This document shows, piece after piece, positions 58,568 to 64,000 of a stretch of DNA of 64,000 bases. The position numbers and the translations under genes are program-made. The notes under the pieces are model-generated. The model was not told the origin of the DNA. It searched no databases and saw only the letters and a list, made by a program, of their open reading frames with translations. The stretch's first letter is position 1; every line of letters begins with the position of its first letter. Location of the stretch: assembly GCA_001599295.1 (NCBI GenBank), contig BCGN01000007.1, positions 919,791 to 983,790 on the forward strand, written 5' to 3'. The stretch comes from Sporopachydermia quercuum. Its lineage: Eukaryota.

Positions 58568-61500
58568 TCACATGTTATCTACTCCTTCTGTATCAGATCT
58601 AATGGAGTATCCTAACGATCGAAGCAGCCACTCCTTTCCTGCTGATACAACTAGCGCCAAAGATTGAAATTGTTGAAACATTTGAACTGATGTAATAAAC
58701 GAGCCAATATTAGAACTCTGGACATCATTGATAATAGTTTTATCGATACTCGAATGTGAATTTCCAGGGNTTTTNATAATGTCATTACTTTTGATATTCT
58801 CATCAATGTTAGCACTACTTTTCATCTTAGTCTTTTCACCGGCAGGGCCTCTACACACATCTTCAACCTCACAGTTGAACTCTTTCTCTATGCAAGAGTC
58901 AAGATCTTCTTTCCTGCCAGGAAACACCATTTTCCTGTACACATCAAGCCTATTCCCCATATTTAACACTCTGGTGAAGGGATATCCAACATTAGCAAAC
59001 AAGAGAGATAACTTATTACTAATAGTATCTCTGCCGGCATTCTCAATCTTATTACCATCCTTATTACTAGAATAACCATAACTAGCAAAGAATGCTCTGC
59101 AAACAGTATCGTTCTCAACGACAGCTTGCTCTAATACCATTACTTTATTTCCAAACTCTCCAACACATGCTTCAACATCACGGACTCTATTCTTTAACAT
59201 ACGTAAATCGTATACTAATCTTGCTTCTGTTACTTCCAATTCTTTGATTTTTGATTCTAAACTCTTCATTTCTTTCACACTATCATTTAACTTCTTCTCA
59301 TCTGCCAACATTCCTTCTTCAAATATAAGAAACTGAGCCTGAATATGATTAGCTGTATGTTCATGCATTGTCATTATTTTCATGAAATCACCAGATAAGT
59401 TAGCTGAAAATTCATTAGCAAGGAATGATAGCTCAGAAAGTTTTTTAATTAGATATGCGGGAGCAGGAGAGAAAGGATAATCCCAGGTTAGAACAGCATC
59501 TTGAATGATAGAAAAGCTGCATGAACGTTGTAACAAGAAATTGGATTTTTCAATAGATTCAATAGCTGATAGATCATGATCATGCTNTAACAACGACCGT
59601 GGAGGACCTGAATTTGTTCTTCTTAATTCACAGCAAATATCTCTGTTGTACGCTTGAATTTCTTGCTTGATTATACTATCAGGATCAACAGCAACTGTAC
59701 GACGGGTAGAATGATCATTGACAGCATCTGTGGATATGTTAGAAGAATTGGCTATAATATTGCTGTTACTACTGCTAGCAGTTTTAGAATCATTACTGGC
59801 ATTAACGATGCCGTGAACCATATTACTACCCTTGCTGTTAGAACTGTTATTATTACCAGCTCTATAATGATCACCGTCAATGTAATCTAAATCATCATTA
59901 TAATCATCATAGTGTTGATTAGCCAGCCGTGTATTTCCACTCACATCACTGTTCTTTATTTTACTTCTTCTTTTACCTCGTTTACGATCATTCCTCCTGT
60001 TATTATTGATATGAATATCATCATCATTTGAATCATAATTAGACTCAGCTTCTGATAACACAACAGGGGTAGAACTAACTAAAGAACTCTGATGGTGAGT
60101 TGAACTATCATTAGAATTAACAGCAGAAGATTCTTGAAAATCAGTTGTAGATTTTAGAATTTCCTGAATTTGCTTTCCTGATCTCTTAGCTGTATCATAT
60201 AACCTTCTAATACCTCTTCCCCGCTTTTCAGGTGTTTCATTTTGCGTTGAATGGTAATATTCATTATTAATTGAGGAAGGAAAGGTACCCACCTGGGAAT
60301 GACTGCCACTGTGATTTTGATTATGATTATGATTCTGGTATTGATTATCAGTGTTGTAATTATGATTATTATCCATACCACGTAAACGACCAATAGAGGA
60401 TTTCAAATCTCCTCTTCTTTTTCCTCTAGATGGTTCGTTATTCCCACTAATGTTACCGGAAAATAGAAAGCTAGAAGAATGGGTTATATTTTGATACAAT
60501 CCTGACGCCAAATCAGCAGAGGAACTTGCTTTATGAAACTTCTGTTTATTATGATACTTTTGTTGATGGTGATGGTGATGCTTAGAAGATATATCGTTGG
60601 AATCAACAGTAGAATTATCGATGCCTGAAATTGAAGAGGATCTCGTTTTTCTGTTAGAAAATTCATTAGTATCCTTGAAATAGTTTAGACTATTCATAGA
60701 GATAGCACTGCCATTGTCTGTATGATAACGATTGTCGTAGTTGTGATTGTCACTGCTATTATTGATATTACCATTAGTAGCATTTGCATATAGATACTTC
60801 GCAGACAATGATGGTAAAGAACCAGCCGGAAACTGTCTTTGACTTTTTATTAATTGATAATCACCCTTNCCATGAAATAAAAGCTTCAAACGACTTCCAA
60901 TTACCTGTGGAATGAGCCTTTCTATATCAACGGTTTCAGAATCAGCAGCACTATGACTGACTCTTCCACTTATATCTTTAACAGCTTTCTTAATACCAAA
61001 TATATCATTTGGTCCTATGTGGCCTGATTTATTGGTAATGTAGAAAAGCTTTTCTAATGTTTCCGGAGTGAAGACGCCTGTAACTTCAATTCTAAACTGT
61101 TTCTGAAATCTGCATATGCTTTGAACAAATTCTTTAATATCCAGAGGATCTTTAGGTGCATCAACACCTGCTAAGCTCAATCGTTTCCTTAAACTGAGCG
61201 CTAGACCTATAATTGTAGCAACAGTAGTTGGTCCCATTAAACCGTCTTTCACTCTGATGGAATAATGTTTGAATCCAATTTCATTCCAAAATTCCTGGGT
61301 AGCAAGCAATGTCCTATTGCAGAGTAGTCCATCAGCATATAATCCATCAAGAAAGCCGAAATACGAGAGAAATGTCTGGATAATCAGCACTAATTCCTGT
61401 GCAGCGTAAGTTATAGGCACTTTAGAAGGATCGCTCCATAAACGGAACATTTTACGGAATTTATCCTCACTGGCATTTGATGGTGCTGATAATGTTAACC

Positions 61501-62083
61501 CAGACCGTCCACCACATGAAACTCCTCTTAGATTATGATTGACTATGAAATTTTCCCATACTGTCTCCACATCACCACTGGGTATAGACACCATGTTGAG
61601 ATTCGAAGGAAATGATGAGATATCGTGAATGAAAAGTTTACCTCTGTCAGGAACATCTTTAACTCTTGCATGGGATTTCACCAGTTCGTTGAAATACTGA
61701 GTTATAAAATCTGGCGGAGTATAGTTGACATCATCAGGAAGTTCTATGAACCCAGCAACAGTTATTTCATGGTTCTGATCACCAGTGTATGAAGCAATAA
61801 CTGAAGTATGACGTCTTTCGCATGCCCATTGTTCTATGATATAGAGATCAAATCCTGATATTAGTAGAGGTTTTGTTGATATTCTTATATGCACAGGACC
61901 TGTTGATTGATATATAGATAACTGCATAAGAGTGAGTACTTTAGGGTCGGTAATAAGAAATCTTTTGTAGTTATAAGCTCTGGAATCCTCTAAAGCTTCC
62001 TTTACAGGCGTTGGCGCTTGAGCAGCCACCTGGTTGTTTGGTTGTTTTCTCTCATTTTGCCTCANCGAAGGGAAGGATAGCAT
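58568..62083 (-). CDS. STB6: Sin3-binding protein Stb2/Stb6 family
   Basis: GFDLYIIEQWACER, IASYTGD, SSFPSNLNMVSIPSGD, NHNLRGVSCGGRSGL, DGLLCNRT, GLMGPTTVA; C-terminal coiled coil. Confidence 0.85.
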   Translation of the reverse strand: MLSFPSXRQNERKQPNNQVAAQAPTPVKEALEDSRAYNYKRFLITDPKVLTLMQLSIYQSTGPVHIRISTKPLLISGFDLYIIEQWACERRHTSVIASYTGDQNHEITVAGFIELPDDVNYTPPDFITQYFNELVKSHARVKDVPDRGKLFIHDISSFPSNLNMVSIPSGDVETVWENFIVNHNLRGVSCGGRSGLTLSAPSNASEDKFRKMFRLWSDPSKVPITYAAQELVLIIQTFLSYFGFLDGLYADGLLCNRTLLATQEFWNEIGFKHYSIRVKDGLMGPTTVATIIGLALSLRKRLSLAGVDAPKDPLDIKEFVQSICRFQKQFRIEVTGVFTPETLEKLFYITNKSGHIGPNDIFGIKKAVKDISGRVSHSAADSETVDIERLIPQVIGSRLKLLFHXKGDYQLIKSQRQFPAGSLPSLSAKYLYANATNGNINNSSDNHNYDNRYHTDNGSAISMNSLNYFKDTNEFSNRKTRSSSISGIDNSTVDSNDISSKHHHHHQQKYHNKQKFHKASSSADLASGLYQNITHSSSFLFSGNISGNNEPSRGKRRGDLKSSIGRLRGMDNNHNYNTDNQYQNHNHNQNHSGSHSQVGTFPSSINNEYYHSTQNETPEKRGRGIRRLYDTAKRSGKQIQEILKSTTDFQESSAVNSNDSSTHHQSSLVSSTPVVLSEAESNYDSNDDDIHINNNRRNDRKRGKRRSKIKNSDVSGNTRLANQHYDDYNDDLDYIDGDHYRAGNNNSSNSKGSNMVHGIVNASNDSKTASSSNSNIIANSSNISTDAVNDHSTRRTVAVDPDSIIKQEIQAYNRDICCELRRTNSGPPRSLLXHDHDLSAIESIEKSNFLLQRSCSFSIIQDAVLTWDYPFSPAPAYLIKKLSELSFLANEFSANLSGDFMKIMTMHEHTANHIQAQFLIFEEGMLADEKKLNDSVKEMKSLESKIKELEVTEARLVYDLRMLKNRVRDVEACVGEFGNKVMVLEQAVVENDTVCRAFFASYGYSSNKDGNKIENAGRDTISNKLSLLFANVGYPFTRVLNMGNRLDVYRKMVFPGRKEDLDSCIEKEFNCEVEDVCRGPAGEKTKMKSSANIDENIKSNDIXKXPGNSHSSIDKTIINDVQSSNIGSFITSVQMFQQFQSLALVVSAGKEWLLRSLGYSIRSDTEGVDNM

Positions 62084-63342
62084 TGTGAATTTAAATGGTT
62101 TTGGATTCAGAACAACAAGGAATTCAATTTCCTTGCTGATAAGTTGTATAAGGCCAGTTGAACCCTGTAAAACGCATAGAAGCGTTGATAAGGATCTGAG
62201 ATAATAATGTAGATAGAAAGATCTAAGGTAGCACTGTTCTTATTTTCAAAATGGTCATCCGTAAATATATAACAGCGGATAATACGGATTCCGCAGAAAT
62301 ACAAAGGTGATTTTATTTTTGCAATCAACTCCTCAGCTTTCATATGCTTGATTGTAATTATATCAGCGAATGAAGCTGAATGAACTTGATTTCACTTAGA
62401 CATGGCTGTGTAGAAGAAGCGCTGATATGTTGGGATGATTACGATTATGCAAGTGAATGTGTCAGTATGCAGATAGAAATAAGGTTTGAGAGAGGACAGA
62501 TTATTCTTTTCGGAATCTGAAAAGAACAGAGAACGAGGTAAAGTGATGAATGTGTTGTTTCGATTTTAAGAAAAGTATAAGCCATAATTTGTTGCTTTCT
62601 ATAATAGATTGAGAGTAAGTGTTTAATTTTTTTCTTGTGAAATTAACCTTGTCAGTCTAAGGAGTTTAATAATGGAAGGTAAACTAATCTATTGTGAGTA
62701 GTATGAATAAAAGTTAAGAAAGACGATAAGAAAGCCAAAAATGGGTTCCGAACTTAAAGCTATAATCTCCGGAATTGTGCGTGAAATACCAGATTCTGCA
62801 GCACATGGTTCATTCAGAACAACGAAGTCAGTTTATTACTTTATTTAGATGATGTTACAAGAAAATTGCAAGCAACTTGATACAGCATTTTAGCCTCTGA
62901 AATTTAAAGCATTTTACCCCATAATTCAGACTAAAGCTTCCATAACCACTACCTTCTATCCTTTTGTACCATCATCAAGATTTCTCATGATTCTCGCTTA
63001 AGCTGAAACTTCCCTAGCAGATTATTAATCTTACATCTCTCTTCCATATATAAATATTACGTGATTATTAATTACTCATCATATCTCACTTCATGTTTTC
63101 CTATCTTAGATCACGTGCTATATTATTCATAAAAATTTTTGTTAAGCAGAGAATCTTTAAAAAGAATAGGAAATGTATGAAAACTCAGCCATAAAGAAAG
63201 ATAACAATCAACATTATTTAGTATATTTATATTTGTATCTGTTCTCGCAGCTAGAAGTAACTACCAGTGTGTTANCTTGATACTGGAAGTTGTCATCAAC
63301 ACTCAACGTAGTAGTAAGAAAACTGTTATGAACTAGCTTACG

Positions 63343-64000
63343 ATGTCGACAATAATTATTTCGAAGAAACGGAGCACAGATGGGGATGTGATACAGCAAT
63401 CCAACAAAAGATTGAAAGCCGCCGGGATAAGAGTGACAAAACTCAAGGATAGTTTGCCATTGAATAAAAGGAAAATGAATCCTATTGATAGTGAAACAGG
63501 ATTATCACAATGTTATAAGAATGTATCGGTGTATATGTATGTGTCAGTTGCTCCTATGTANTTTACAAACCCATTACTAGGCGTGAGTGTACAACATTTA
63601 AATCCTCTTGTGATGTCATACTTCCCCGACGTGAATGGCGTTGTATTAGGATACTCTAATCTGAAGTTGGATGTTCCCAAGCCTGAAAATTCTGATTCTG
63701 TTTACGCAGTAGCGCGAATAGCCAATGCTAGCCCCTTTGCATTCACCTGGATATCAGTTGATCTACTTGCATGGGCACCTTGTGCAGGAGATATAATAGA
63801 TGGATGGATCAATCTGCAATCTCCTGGTCATATTGGCTTACTCATCAACGATACATTCAACGCCAGCGTACGAAGAGATAATATTCCCAGAGATTGGAAA
63901 TTTATAGCTAAACAAGCTGATGAGATAGCGAGCGGTGAACAATCATCAGAAGAATCGAATACTGTAAAATCGTTAGGTTGCTGGGAAGATGAAAGTGGAA
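63343..64000 (+). CDS. RPA43: RNA polymerase I subunit A43 (5' part; runs off the window end)
   Basis: Open frame from ATG 63343: NPIDSETGLSQCY...YVSVAPMY...QHLNPLVMSY...GVVLGYSN...SPFAFTWISVDLLAWAP..GDIIDGWINLQSPGHIGLLINDTFNASV; absent from the ORF track because it has no stop in the window. Confidence 0.92.
   Translation, partial: MSTIIISKKRSTDGDVIQQSNKRLKAAGIRVTKLKDSLPLNKRKMNPIDSETGLSQCYKNVSVYMYVSVAPMXFTNPLLGVSVQHLNPLVMSYFPDVNGVVLGYSNLKLDVPKPENSDSVYAVARIANASPFAFTWISVDLLAWAPCAGDIIDGWINLQSPGHIGLLINDTFNASVRRDNIPRDWKFIAKQADEIASGEQSSEESNTVKSLGCWEDESG

Overview
AT-rich eukaryotic (budding-yeast, Saccharomycotina-like) genomic DNA with frequent spliceosomal introns (GTAAGT/GTATGT donors, CTAAC/TTAAC branch points) and the standard genetic code (CTG falls at conserved Leu positions). 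The window holds housekeeping genes: a non-canonical septin-like GTPase, PEX10 (5 exons), HEL2, GEP4 (1.06-kb intron), TRA1, a GH17 glucanase, a probably dual-start arginyl-tRNA synthetase, FCF1, an intron-containing tRNA-Asp, RPL20 (start codon split by an intron), a perilipin-like protein, an aldo-keto reductase mostly hidden in an 880-N gap, DGK1, NOP58, a Far3-like coiled-coil protein, STB2/STB6, the 5' part of RPA43, and two uncharacterised proteins. Many ORF-track starts and ends are wrong because of introns; corrected models are given. I found no evidence for an exotic multi-gene system. The most interesting signals are: a CCG/CGG-rich compositional domain that fades out inside TRA1; long introns whose two ends can base-pair; a perfect donor site abutting the PEX10 stop codon (candidate 3'-UTR introns); and a 34-bp perfect palindrome beside a possible decayed Mutator-like transposase. 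Gene names come from recalled family motifs, not database searches.
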